Part shown: positions 10,189 through 21,469 of the stretch, in pieces | How positions within the stretch are numbered: the first letter of the stretch is position 1 | Layout of the letters: each line of letters begins with the position of its first letter | NCBI RefSeq assembly: GCF_001194135.2 | Contig: NC_068996.1 | Location: forward strand, 44,378,992 to 44,419,442 | Length of the DNA: 40,451 nucleotides | Direction: 5' to 3' | Source: Octopus bimaculoides | Lineage: Eukaryota | Program-made: the position numbers and the translations under genes | Notes under the pieces: model-generated | Told to the model about the DNA's origin: nothing | The model's input: the letters and a program-made list of their open reading frames with translations, nothing else | Database searches by the model: none

Positions 10189-10412
10189 ACTGATGATAAT
10201 TGTTTTTAAATTTTGGCACATTGCCAGCAAGTTCGGAGGGAAGGGTAAATCAATTACCTCAACTCCAGTATGCAACTGGTACTTATTTTATTGACCCCGA
10301 AATGATGAAAGGCAAAGTTGACTCAGCAGAATTTGAACTCAGAGCATAAAGATGGACAAAATACTGCTAAGCATGTTGTCTGGCATGCTAACGATTCTAC
10401 CAGCTCACCACC

Positions 10413-10414
<2 letters not shown>
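10189..10414 (-). mobile_element. SINE family S3 copy, near-duplicate of 8548-8775
   Basis: Shares distinctive substitutions with 8548-8775, e.g. AAATCAATTACCTCAACTCCAGTATGC and GAAATGATGAAAGG. Confidence 0.75.
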
Positions 10415-10444
<30 letters not shown>

Positions 10445-10704
10445 CATAAATTATTGTTATTATTATTAAGGTGGTGAGCTGGCAGAATCATTAGAGTTTG
10501 GGAAAAATGCTTAACAGCATTTAACCTTAATTGTCATCCTTTACCTTAATTATTATATTTTGATGCCAATTAAGAAATATATATTCTTCTACCTTTCGAT
10601 GATCTTGTCATCATCACTGTTGTCGTCGTCGTCCTCCTCCTCCTCCTCCCCTTCCTTCCTGCTTATGTCTTCATCTTGTTCTTCTTATTTGGTCATTATG
10701 GCAG

Positions 10705-10722
10705 AGAAATCACGGAGGATTG
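10705..10722 (+). other. Candidate 18-nt frame-preserving microexon
   Basis: Pyrimidine-rich tract, GCAG|AGAAATCACGGAGGATTG|GTAAGT. In phase 1 it reads EKSRRI with no stop. Splice signals are the only support. Confidence 0.3.
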
Positions 10723-12099
10723 GTAAGTCATAACATTTCACACTTCAGTGCTGCACATGTATTTATTTATTTATTTATCTATTTATTTATCTATCTATTT
10801 TTATATTCATATATTGTTCTGTATTTATTTGATAATTTTGTTAGTATTCGTTTAGTATCCTAAATAATTTCTATTATTTTATTATTTCCTATAAGAACCT
10901 TCACAAGTACACACACACACACACTAATTATTCTGTACAACAGATATCAGTTTTGTTCTTACCCTGTAAAACTGCATCCATTTTTATGATTTTCTGAGAA
11001 AAATTCCTGGACTTTAGGTTTAAAACTTTTTTTATATTTTTCTTTATTTCGGTGTTTCCTTGATTGTTTTGAAACTGTTCTTAAAACCTATTCTGTCCCT
11101 ATTTTAAATGCATGCTGGTCAGTATATCCTCTTTGTGTTGTATGTTAGCAAAGCTTTTATCCCTGGTCATTTGAATGCTCTCACATCTTTCAGCCATCAC
11201 TGCTTTTGTTGTACAACCCTCATTGTCACACTTTTCTTGTTACTTGAACTGTTTTGTACAGTATTCATTGATTATATCACAATTGATTTTATTCTCTCTT
11301 TATTTATATATTTATTTTATTTTATATTGTAACTGATGAAGTAATAGTGTTGGTTACAAGATTTCAGCTGGTCAATTACTTACGCTTTACATTTCTTTTA
11401 TGACAAGAGTGCATACGAAAGAAGTTTGTGTTATTCAATGCAGAACAAATATCACATGAGACCTAGTTTGTAAAGCAGTTATTTATTTTCATATTTCCAT
11501 TGCCAATGTTTACATTTTTTTCTGATATCATTGTGAATTAATATCCACTTACGCATATACACATGTTGGGATTCTACACTATTTCCTATGTAATCCATGT
11601 ATTACCATCGAATTCCACTCATACGATATGCCATTGTTGAAAACACTTCTCTAAGGCATCACATAAGAGAAGCAAACTTCTTAACCACAATTCTTTGCAT
11701 GGAATGATTTTTTCTTTTTCTTTTGATTTCCCTGCAGCAGAATTGATAAAACTCCAAAACAAGATATCTTCTAGCATTTAGTAAATGTCTTTTTATATTC
11801 TATGTTCAAATGCCAATTTACTATTCATCCTTCTGGAAAGGTTAGGCTAGGTTGTTGTAATGTTTAGCTCCCAGTAAACCTTTGTCAGACAGATCTGCAT
11901 TCAAGGTATTCCAGCAGGGAGTACTGAATCCTCTCAGACAGAATGTGCATCGAGGGCTATATTATCCTCCAATGACTGCTTCCATTTTTGAAGATGCTTG
12001 GGCTTCGTCTGAGGGAGCAACTGTGTAGAAACTTCCTTGGTGCATCAATCAGAGGTTGATGAAGTAAGGTACTCAATCAAGTACTGGACATCATTTAAT

Positions 12100-12215
12100 A
12101 TATTAGAAATCTTCAGTTCCTCATTTTTCTCATTTCATTTGTTGATCTGGAAAAGGTCTGTGATAGGATTCCTTCATCAATCGTATTACTGATGAATAGT
12201 TTGTGAGAAAACTAA
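12100..12215 (+). pseudogene. Highly degenerate RTE-type reverse transcriptase remnant
   Basis: TTTGTTGATCTGGAAAAGGTCTGTGATAGGATTCCT = FVDLEKVCDRIP, compared with the RTE motif FVDLEKAFDRVP. Surrounded by stops. Confidence 0.5.
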
Positions 12216-12421
12216 AATCATATTACCTTCACTCAAGCACTTCCAGCTCACTAATCACTACACCTTTTGCCACCTCTATTGTATTATTCACTCCTGGCTC
12301 TGCTTAAAGTCACTATGCTCAATTATTCTTCCCTTCAGCATCAATTCTTGAATTTCACCCATCTACATTTTTCCTACTGGTGTGAATTTCCAATGGTTCA
12401 ACATAAAATGAATCCTTTCTA

Positions 12422-13040
12422 CTATAGGCACAAGGCCTGGATTCTGTGGGGAGAGGGACAGCTGATCTCATCGACACCAGTACTCAACTGGTACTTGATT
12501 TATTGACTCTGAAAGGATGAACGGCAAAGTCGACCTCAGCAGAATTTGAACTCAACCTAAAGACAGATGAGATACCGCTCAGCATTTCGCCCGGCGTGCT
12601 AAAGTTTCTTATTTCTTTATTGCCCACAAGGGGCTAAACATAGAGGGGACAAACAAGGACAGACAAAGGGATTAAGTCGATTACATTGACCCTAGTGTGT
12701 AACTGGTACTTTATTTATCGACCCCGAAAGGATGAAAGACAAAGTTGACCTCGGTGGAATTTGAACTAAGTACATAATTGCAGATGAAATACCGCTAAGC
12801 ATTTCTCCCGGCATGCTAACGTTTCTTATTTCTTTATTGCCCACAAGGGGCTAAACATAGAGGGGACAAACAAGGACAGACAAAGGGATTAAGTCGATTA
12901 CTGGTACTTAACTTATCGACCCCGAAAGGATGAAAGGCAAAGTTGACCTTGGCAGAATTTGAACTCAGAAAGTAGCGGCAGACGAAATACTGCCAAGTAT
13001 TTTGCTTGATGTGCTAATGATTCTGCCAGTTTGCCACCTT
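12422..13040 (-). mobile_element. Head-to-tail trimer of SINE family S3 cores separated by an identical 81-nt segment
   Basis: Segments 12604-12684 and 12821-12901 are identical; period 217 nt. Confidence 0.85.
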
Positions 13041-13504
13041 AGTTCAACATAAAATTAATGGCATCGATTTCACTCAACTTGGAACGTCTGTGAGTTTTAT
13101 GGGCACTGTCATCTTCCCTGGGATGAACCAGTATAAAAGAATATCAAATATAAGTCATATATGAGTGTGCTGTTGGCTGGAGTTGCATATGTAGTTTCTT
13201 TGGTAAATTTACTGTAAGTTTGTGTGTTTTTGTTGCTCTCAATGCAGCTTTGATTGGGCTGCCCTATTGCATATATAATTGCAAACGATTATGCTTAACA
13301 TGCAATTATGTTGCTATATCTATACCTTGCACCAGATAGGGATCATACTGTATACTCTAATATGCAAGGATGAATCGAGACACCCAGAAAAATTTTGAAT
13401 ATTGACATCAATTTTATCAGACTGAGAGACTGCGTGAAATTCATATTGTTGGCATCTGTGTACATGTCAATGTTCAGCAGGATTTCTATGCAATGTCATC
13501 ATTA

Positions 13505-13930
13505 TCATCATCATCATCATCGTTTAACATCTGCTTTCCATGCTAGCATGGGTTGGACGATTTGACTGAGGACTGGTGAAACCAGATGGCTACACCAGGC
13601 TCCAATCTGATTTGGCAGAGTTTCTACAGCTAGATGCCCTTCCTAATGCCAACCACTCCAAGAGTGTAGTGGGTGCTTTTACATGTCACCCGCATGAAGG
13701 CCAATCAGGCGGTACTGGCAACGGCCACCCTCAAGATGGTGTATTTTATGTGCCACCTGCACAAGAGCCAGTCCAGGGGCACTGGCAACGATCTCGCTCG
13801 AAAATCCTACGAAGGCCAGTCAGGCGGTACTGGCAACGGCCACGCTCAAAATGGTGTATTTTATGTGCCATCCGCACAAGAGCCAGTCCAGGGGCACTGG
13901 CAACAATCTTGCTCGAAAGTCCTTACGCAT
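13505..13930 (+). mobile_element. SINE-like family S1 copy with an internal 115-nt tandem duplication (13696-13926)
   Basis: The unit GAAGGCCA(A/G)TCAGGCGGTACTGGCAACGGCCAC... starts at 13696 and 13811. It explains the repetitive ORFs 13576-13935 and 13673-13942. Confidence 0.8.
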
Positions 13931-14097
13931 GCTAGTTTTTGAATTTGTTATAGAAGTTTCCATATTTGGTATTTCTGTAAAAACTTTATATTAATGACTT
14001 GATTCACATGACACAGCAAGTTAAAATGTTACAGGAATAGTTTCAAACTGAAAGTATAGCATAATGCTGAATATTTGAAGGTCATTAAGGAGAAGAT

Positions 14098-14545
14098 CAT
14101 CATCATCATTGTTTAACGTCCACTTTCTATGCTGGCATGGGTTGGATGGTTTGACTGAGGACTGGCAAGTCAGGAGGCTGCACCAGGCTCCGATCTGATC
14201 TGGTAAGGTTTCTACAACTGGATGCCCTTCCTAACACCAACCACTCCGAGAGTGTAGTGGGTGATTTTTAAGTCCCACTGGCAATTGAGCCAGTCCCACC
14301 GGACTGGCATCAACCACCCTCGAATGGTACTTTTTATTTGCCAGTCAGGTGGCACTTGCATCGACTACATTCTTATGGTGCTTTTTACATGCCACTGGCT
14401 TGAGAGTGTAGTGGGTGCTTTTTATGTGCCACCAGCATGGGGCCCAGTCAGGCAGTACAGGTGTTGACCATGTTTGAATGGTGTTTTTTACATGCCACTA
14501 GCACGGGAGCCAGTCAGGTGGCACTGGCAATGACCACACTTGAAT
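14098..14545 (+). mobile_element. SINE-like family S1 copy, older, with several internal subrepeats
   Basis: Matches the S1 consensus; GCCAGTCAGG...GGCA...GAATGGT subunits recur. Confidence 0.7.
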
Positions 14546-15095
14546 GGGAAAAGATGAAAGTGCTAATTAGTAAGAGAATGGTTTTGTTTCATATACTGGA
14601 AGCGTGTTGATAGGGAGTTAACTCTTGTGTTATCAAATTTCTGTTGAAATACACTATTGCATAATTTAGTAAAATAACTTTGTCATTATTAAGCTGGTAT
14701 AAGGAACATAAATGATTTCGCATTTTGCCTCAAGGTCAGCAATTTTAGGAGAGGGGCTCAGTCAATTAAATTGACCCCTATGTTTAACTGATACTTGTTT
14801 TATCAACCCTGGAAGGATGAAAAACAAAGTGAGTCTTGGTGGAACTTGAACCCAGAACATTGTCAAATGAAATACTGCTAAGCATTTTGCCCAGCATGCT
14901 AACAATTCTACCTGTTCCCTGCCTAAGGAACATAAATTAACATGAAATTTTACTGGACGGTTTTCATTTAGAACTCCTGAGAAGAAATTTGTATCACAGA
15001 ACCAGGAGTTATTAAAGGGTTGGGTTTATACTGTATACTCAGTGTAAACAATGTGCGCCTAAAACTGAGAAACAGTATGCCAGTCCATCACAAAT

Positions 15096-15270
15096 CCTTT
15101 AGTATTCAAACTGGCCATATCTGGTCTTTCACATCTACCCTACACTGTCGTTCTAAATATATACAATCTCATCATCAAAATCTCAAAGCTGATGGGTAAG
15201 GCATGATAAAATAGAAACTGTGTGAATAAATAGACCTTATACTTAACCGAGTAATCTGAATACTAAAAGG
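15096..15270. mobile_element. Short MITE-like element with terminal inverted repeats
   Basis: Left CCTTTAGTATTCAAACT; the right end reverse-complements to CCTTTTAGTATTCAGAT. TSD not clear. Confidence 0.45.
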
Positions 15271-15868
15271 CTAAGGCTAGCTACATCTGTTAATCATTTT
15301 CAGCTGAATGGACCTCAAATTATGAAACGACATGCCTCGCTCAAGAATACAATATGTCACTCAAACCGAAATTGAACCAACAACCTAACAATCATGTGCT
15401 TAACATTCTAACCACTAAACTGTGCACCTTTGCCTGAATAAGTAAGGTAGAAAAAGTGATGGATTTCATTTGGTTTTGATGATGACTACCTGATTGTTCA
15501 ATCAACTGTATCATCTGTTCATTCAATTAGTATTTGAGCTGATGAAGTATTTCACTGATTTGAGTACCCTTAATATAATCCTCTGGCAGAATCAGCTTGA
15601 TGCAGAGTGTGATAAGACTGGACTTTTGAATTATATGTGCAGTCAATAGGATGAGCTTCTACATAGTTTCCTTCAACCCAATTTAATTTTCAGGGCTTGG
15701 TTAAACTAAAGATAACAGCTCAAACCTTGTGATTGCAAAACAAACTTCTGAACCATCCACTAGAATAAGGAAGAGTTAGAGCTGGAAGAAGTTTAAGTAG
15801 TTTTTGCCATAGTTGGCAACAAAACCTTGTTTTGTGCAGAAGACAAGCTATGCAACATCTCTCTAAAA

Positions 15869-16162
15869 CAGTGGTTTCCAAAGCGGGCCATACTGCCCCC
15901 TTGGGGTGGGGTGGGGGCGGTGGAAAGGTCCAAGTAAACAATGAAGAAATGTGGGGTTATAATGGGGTGGCCAAAATGTGGGGTGGTGGATGTAAAAAAA
16001 AACTCCAAAATAATGGGTTAATTAAGTTAAGCTTTGTGAATTTTCTGCAGAAAGTGGTTTGTATGTGTGTGTGTGCGTGTGTGGAGAGGAGAGGAACACT
16101 AGGAAAGTGGCTTGGGTGTGATACAAAGTGGGTGGCAGCCTGAAAAAGTTTGTGAACCTCTG
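15869..16162. mobile_element. hAT-type MITE with 8-bp TSD
   Basis: TIRs CAGTGGTTTCCAAA and TTTGTGAACCTCTG. Flanks CTCTAAAA (15861-15868) and GTCTAAAA (16163-16170) match 7/8 and fit the NTCTARAN target of Charlie-type hATs. Confidence 0.75.
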
Positions 16163-17159
16163 GTCTAAAACAAGATAATGCATAGCTAATAGTGTGCAAG
16201 AATCTATGGAGATTAGAGAGAAATGAAACAAGCACAATTTGGTGTGTAAAGGTGTTTTTCAATGATGATCAAAGGTAAAACAAGCTTGTGGCTGGGCATT
16301 AATGACTTCAATGCAAGTGTGCAGGGGGAGACAACCACTTTTCCGAAGTTTTGTGATTGGAATGGACAATGAATATTAGTAAGTCTGTGAGTAATTTTTT
16401 TCTATTATGTGTTTGTGTTTGAGAAAGATACATGTGAAAGGAAACCATAACAGGAGACATGGAGAAAATGTGTTTATACAGTCAGATCTCAGTATACTTG
16501 ATACCTCAGAAGAGAAAAGCTGATAGAATAGAAAAAACCAAACTGATTTGATTGATGACATGCTGTATCGACAGATCTGTCATAGAAAAATAGATGTTAA
16601 AATATTAATGGTAGGATTTTATACTGTTTTTTTTTGTTAATGTTTCCATTTCTATGATGTATTAGCTTCTGTTTTAAAATATTGTATACATCACGTCATT
16701 TTGAAAATGCATTATGGGCTGCCATATGTTAAATACACACATGATGTATGATGTATTACGATGTTGGCAAATGTCTTGTGGACAGATGCATACACACTCC
16801 ACAATGATTGTTTTTATGAGATACTTTTATTAAAGTGACAGATTTTCGTGTTAGATGAATTGTGTGTTGTGTTGTTGTTATCCTTGTTATTTTACCAAGC
16901 AAACCTATGATCATTAACGACATTCCAGCAATGGCCACTCAGTTTGTTTGATTCATTTTTAAATAGTGTGTCTAGGACTACATTACTCATGCCGGTGGCA
17001 TGTAAAAAGCACCATATGAACGTAGGAAGATTTTGTGTGAAATTTGACTGCTACATCTAGCAACTGCATAGAGACTTTTTTTATCAACTCTTTATTTTAT
17101 GATCTATGTTGCTGTCTATAGTAGTTCTTTATCCTCAGGTCACAGACCTCTTTATGGTT

Positions 17160-17197
<38 letters not shown>

Positions 17198-17349
17198 ACT
17201 TTAAATAGAGCTCAAAACTGATCCATTGAAAATACTTTATAATAATAGTAATAATAATAATAATGAAATTGACCAGTGAGTATTTTGCTAAGATTGTTAA
17301 CAGATACTATATTCTTTTGCCAAATTTTTGGTGTAAAAAAATATATTTA

Positions 17350-17389
<40 letters not shown>

Positions 17390-17390
<1 letters not shown>

Positions 17391-17819
17391 TAGCTGGTGT
17401 ACCCTGTAATTCCCGGGAGTAAAGATGTTGTATCGAAACGCCTTATTACTCTGATATAAGAAAGCAATTTCATTATAACTGCCACAGAAGGTGTATTTTC
17501 TGTCATGAAAAACTACAAAAAACAATCAACTGGAAGAGGAAGAGATTGTTGGGGGTTGGCAAGAGAGATTGTCTAAGGTTGGTGAGAGAGGTAGGCGGTG
17601 GTTGGCGAGAGGCAAAGATATTATTCTGCTTAGCGAAGACATCTGGGAAATGCATAACTGCTGTCATTCAGAGAAAAACTGTTTTACTGTGAGAAAAGCG
17701 CTGTTGAAATGTTAATTGAAATTTGGCAATCGAGGATTGAATCCACACCATATCTGCATATTAATTAACGGAGAATAGGCACAAAGCAGTGTTTAGGTAT
17801 GAGCAGAATTTAGGTTAGA
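17390..17819 (-). mobile_element. Non-autonomous Helitron-like element
   Basis: Minus strand reads A|TCTAACCTAAA... to an imperfect hairpin (CCCGGGAATTACAGGG) and CTAG|T. Both termini and the A|T target fit Helitron rules. Confidence 0.7.
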
Positions 17820-17837
17820 TGAAATATGTTTGTCACA

Positions 17838-18214
17838 TATTTCAGTCATTTGACTGTGGCCATGCTGGAGCACCACCTTTAGTCGAACAGATTGACCCTA
17901 GGACTTATTCTTTGTAAGCCTAGCACTTATTCCATTGGTCTCCTTTGCCAAACCGCCAAGTTACGGGGATTTAAACACTTCAATATTGGTTGTCAAGCAA
18001 TGGTGGGGGTACAAACACACACACACATATAAATATATATATGTGCACACACACGACGGGCTTCTTTCAGTTTCCATCTACCAAATCCACTCATAAGTCT
18101 TTGATTGGCCTGAGGCTATAGTAGAAGACACTTGCTCAAGGTGCCACACAGTGGGACTGAACCCGGAACCATGTGGTTGGCAAGCAAGCTACTTATCACA
18201 CAGCCACTCCTGCC
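17838..18214 (-). mobile_element. tRNA-derived SINE family S2, near full length
   Basis: Reverse complement of the 18864-19274 copy. Confidence 0.85.
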
Positions 18215-18730
18215 CCCCCCCACACATATATAAGTTAATGATTACAATGTCTAGTATATTCTAAATTGAAGATGGTATAACATGATTTGAGGAAGATTTG
18301 GCTGCTATTTCAAGCAATCACATAGAGACACCCTTTGTCTTGTTATTAGCATTTATCTTGTATGTAAGTTATTGCTTACGCTATTGACAAAGGCTCCTCC
18401 CCTAGTTTTAAATTTGTGCTTGCTACAACATATTTTAATCTAATTAGAATTTTTTTTTTTTTTTTTTTGGTGGTATGTAAATTGTTTTTTTTAATTATCT
18501 CTCATTAGTTTTTAATGAGTGTTTACTTGATTTGTATCATAGATTATATATGCTAGACAACAAGTCTCTTCTTATCAACAAGTTTGTTCTAATTAGTCTG
18601 TAACAGATGGAATTGGTTTCATATAAGTAACATCATTCTTTTTCTAGAAAAGCATAGAACTTTTATACTTGGTTAAAAACTTCACATTTTTACTGTCACT
18701 GAACTGGCACCACTTTCTATAGTTGTAGAT

Positions 18731-19527
18731 CAATGGTTTTCAGCCAAGGTTCATATGGCTCTTCTGGGCTCCATATAAGATTTTGTTGTTAAAATGTGTA
18801 TGAAATCGGTCATACTTCTACCGTACACAAAATATTTCAACAAATTCTTTTACACATTTCCTAGGCGCAGGAGTGACTGTGTAGTAAGAAGCTTGCTTAC
18901 CAACCACGTGGTTCCGGGTTCAGTCCCACTACGTGCCACCTTGGGCAAGTGTCTTCTACTATAGCCTCGGGCCGACCAAAGCCTTGTGAGTGGATTTGGT
19001 AGATGGAAACTGAAAGAAGCCCGTTTTATATATGTATATATATATGTATATATGTATGTGTATATGTTTGTGTGTCTGTGTTTGTCCCTCCCCTCCAACA
19101 TCGCTTGACAACTGATGCTGGTGTGTTTACGTCCCTATAAATTAGCAGTCCGGCAAAAGAGACCGATAGAATAAGTACTAGGCTTACAAAAAATAAGCCC
19201 TAGGGTTGATTTGCTCAACTAAAGGTGGTGCTCCAGCATGGCCACAGTCAAATGACTGAAATAAGTAAAAGAGTAAATTCTTTTACACATTTCCTAATAA
19301 TGTTAGTGTGTCTGTGTTTGTCCCCCCATCATCATTTGATGTTGCTGTGTTTAGCGGTGTGGCAAAAGAGACCGATAGAATAAGAATAAGTACTAGGCTC
19401 ACAAAGAATAAGTCCTGGGGTCATTTTGTTCGACTAATGGTGGTGCTCCAGCATAGCTGCAGTCAAATGACTGAAACAAAAGAAAAAAGAAAAGAATAGG
19501 TTAAAAAAAATGGTTGAGAAACAGTGG
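18731..19527. mobile_element. hAT-type MITE interrupted by two SINE insertions
   Basis: Left TIR CAATGGTTTTCAGCC, right TIR GGTTGAGAAACAGTG(G). Flanks TTGTAGAT and TTTTAGAT. The start CAAGGTTCATATGG...CCATATAAGATTTTG matches the reverse complement of 33910-33955. Confidence 0.55.
18864..19274 (+). mobile_element. Full-length tRNA-derived SINE (family S2) with a 22-bp target-site duplication
   Basis: Head GGCGCAGGAGTGACTGTGTAGTAAG...GGTTCCGGGTTCAGTCCC. TSD AAATTCTTTTACACATTTCCTA at 18842-18863 and 19275-19296. Confidence 0.92.
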
Positions 19528-19837
19528 TTTTAGATAATTATTTGAAACCATTTACTTCATCTGGTACTCAATTTGTAAATCTTGGCAGAAAGAGAGAGAG
19601 AGGAGAAGGAGAGGTGTGCTGAATATAGTGTGAAAAGATTTTGTCAAATATTACTGGCAATTTTTGTTTAATGAACCAATATACCATTCCCAGTTGATAA
19701 ACAACTATACAGACACATGAACACACATTAACTCTCTCCATCTTGCACATATAATTTCCGTCTGTTTGGTTTTAGTTCTTTGGTAAACTTGTCCTTTTCC
19801 TTATTGAATTACCATATTCCAACAGCCATTTATCATA

Positions 19838-20371
19838 TACTTGTTTCGGTCATTAGAGTGAGGCTATGCTGGGGTACCACCTTGAAGAATTTTTAGTTGA
19901 ATGGATCAGTCCCAGTACTTAAATTTTTTTTAAGACTGGTAATTATTCTATCAATCTCGTTTACCAAACTGCTAAGTCATGGGGACATAAACACACCAAC
20001 ACCAGTTGTCAAGTAATGGTGGAGGACAAACAGGCTGAAAGACACACAGACAGACACGTATGATAGGCGTCTTTCAGTTTACATCTACCAAATCCTCTCA
20101 CAGGACTTTGGTTGGCCTGGGGCTATAACAGAAGACACCTGCCCAATGTGCCACACAGTGGGACTGAACCTCAAACCATGCGGTTGGGAAACCCACTTCT
20201 TACCACTGAGCCATGCCTGTAATCATCAAGTTGATACAGTTTATGTGGAACCTAGGACCTTTGAATACATTCATACAATATGTCCCCTTTGCCAACAGGG
20301 ATGTAAACACACCGATACCAGTTGTCAAATGGTGACAGGGGGTGGGGAAATGAACATGACACAGGCAGACA

Positions 20372-20410
<39 letters not shown>

Positions 20411-20568
20411 CAGGCTTCTTTCAGTTTCCGTCTACCAAATCCACTCACAAGTCTTTAGTCGGCCCGAAGGCTATAGTAGAAAACACTTGCCCAAAATACC
20501 ACACAGTGGGACTGAACCTGGCACCATGTGGTTACGAAGCAAGCTTCTTACCACACAACCATGCCTAT
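19838..20568 (-). mobile_element. Two tandem SINE family S2 copies (about 19838-20219 and 20283-20568)
   Basis: Both are reverse complements of 18864-19274. They explain ORFs 20146-20646 and 20322-20684. Confidence 0.8.
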
Positions 20569-21419
20569 GCATGTATATTAGTGAATGGGGTGGGGGGGAT
20601 GCAATTCGATCATATAGTTTTTATGTGCACATACAACGGCATATAGATTTTCGACATATTTTACATAAAGATCTTCGATTATGATATGTCAAACTTTTAA
20701 TTTTTGTTTAGCATAAATATATTGCAATTTGTTTATTTAATCTGTGTATCTCGAATTTATTCATCTATATTGATATTGATTATTATCATTGTATTACTAT
20801 TATAAAAGATATTTTATTCTCATTATCATTGTTGTTGCTGCTGTTATTATTGTTATTGTTATTATTATTATTATTATTATGATGTTTGTCGTTTATTTGC
20901 GTTGTAATAATCTAAATAGTGATGAAGCACAATGATATCCATTGTAAATAAAACTTTATTTTCATCATATGTACATTTGGTATTTGTGGTAGTCTAACAG
21001 AGATGAAGAAACAGGAAATGGAATACTCCTAAACACATAACAATCAGTGCGGGGGTGAGGGGAAGGAAAGAGAGAGAGAAAGATGGAGGGAGAGAAAGAA
21101 ACAATGAGTGTATGCTTGGGTGTATACTTGTGTTTGCGTGTGTGTGTCGGAAAAAAATTTAAAAGCTGAAGAAAGATAAAGTTATGATGTGTTATTTTTT
21201 TACTTATTTTTTCCCCGTTATTATTTTTATTATGTATTTTTTTTTCCAACAAATTAAACATATTGAATGGATGCATTTTTGAAAGTTCAATGCACTAATC
21301 TACATACCTTCTATGCCATTTCTTTTGTGATTTGTTTGCACTTATACACAAAAACAATGCTTTATACACCCTTTAGGAATGTTTGATTAATATTTCCATA
21401 TTTAAAAAAAATTCTATTG

Positions 21420-21464
<45 letters not shown>

Positions 21465-21469
21465 TAACA

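Noticed and set aside
12185-12230. CTGATGA-A-TAG...CTA resembling another hammerhead
   Set aside because: No GAAA box, a stem II of only 3 bp, and it overlaps the decayed RTE remnant; likely chance.
12422-13040. Regularly spaced direct repeats that could be mistaken for a CRISPR array
   Set aside because: The units are 81-217 nt, the spacers are homologous SINE cores, there are no cas genes, and the context is eukaryotic.
13576-13942. ORFs of 119 and 89 aa with an internal repeat
   Set aside because: They come from the 115-nt tandem duplication inside an S1 SINE; no protein motif.
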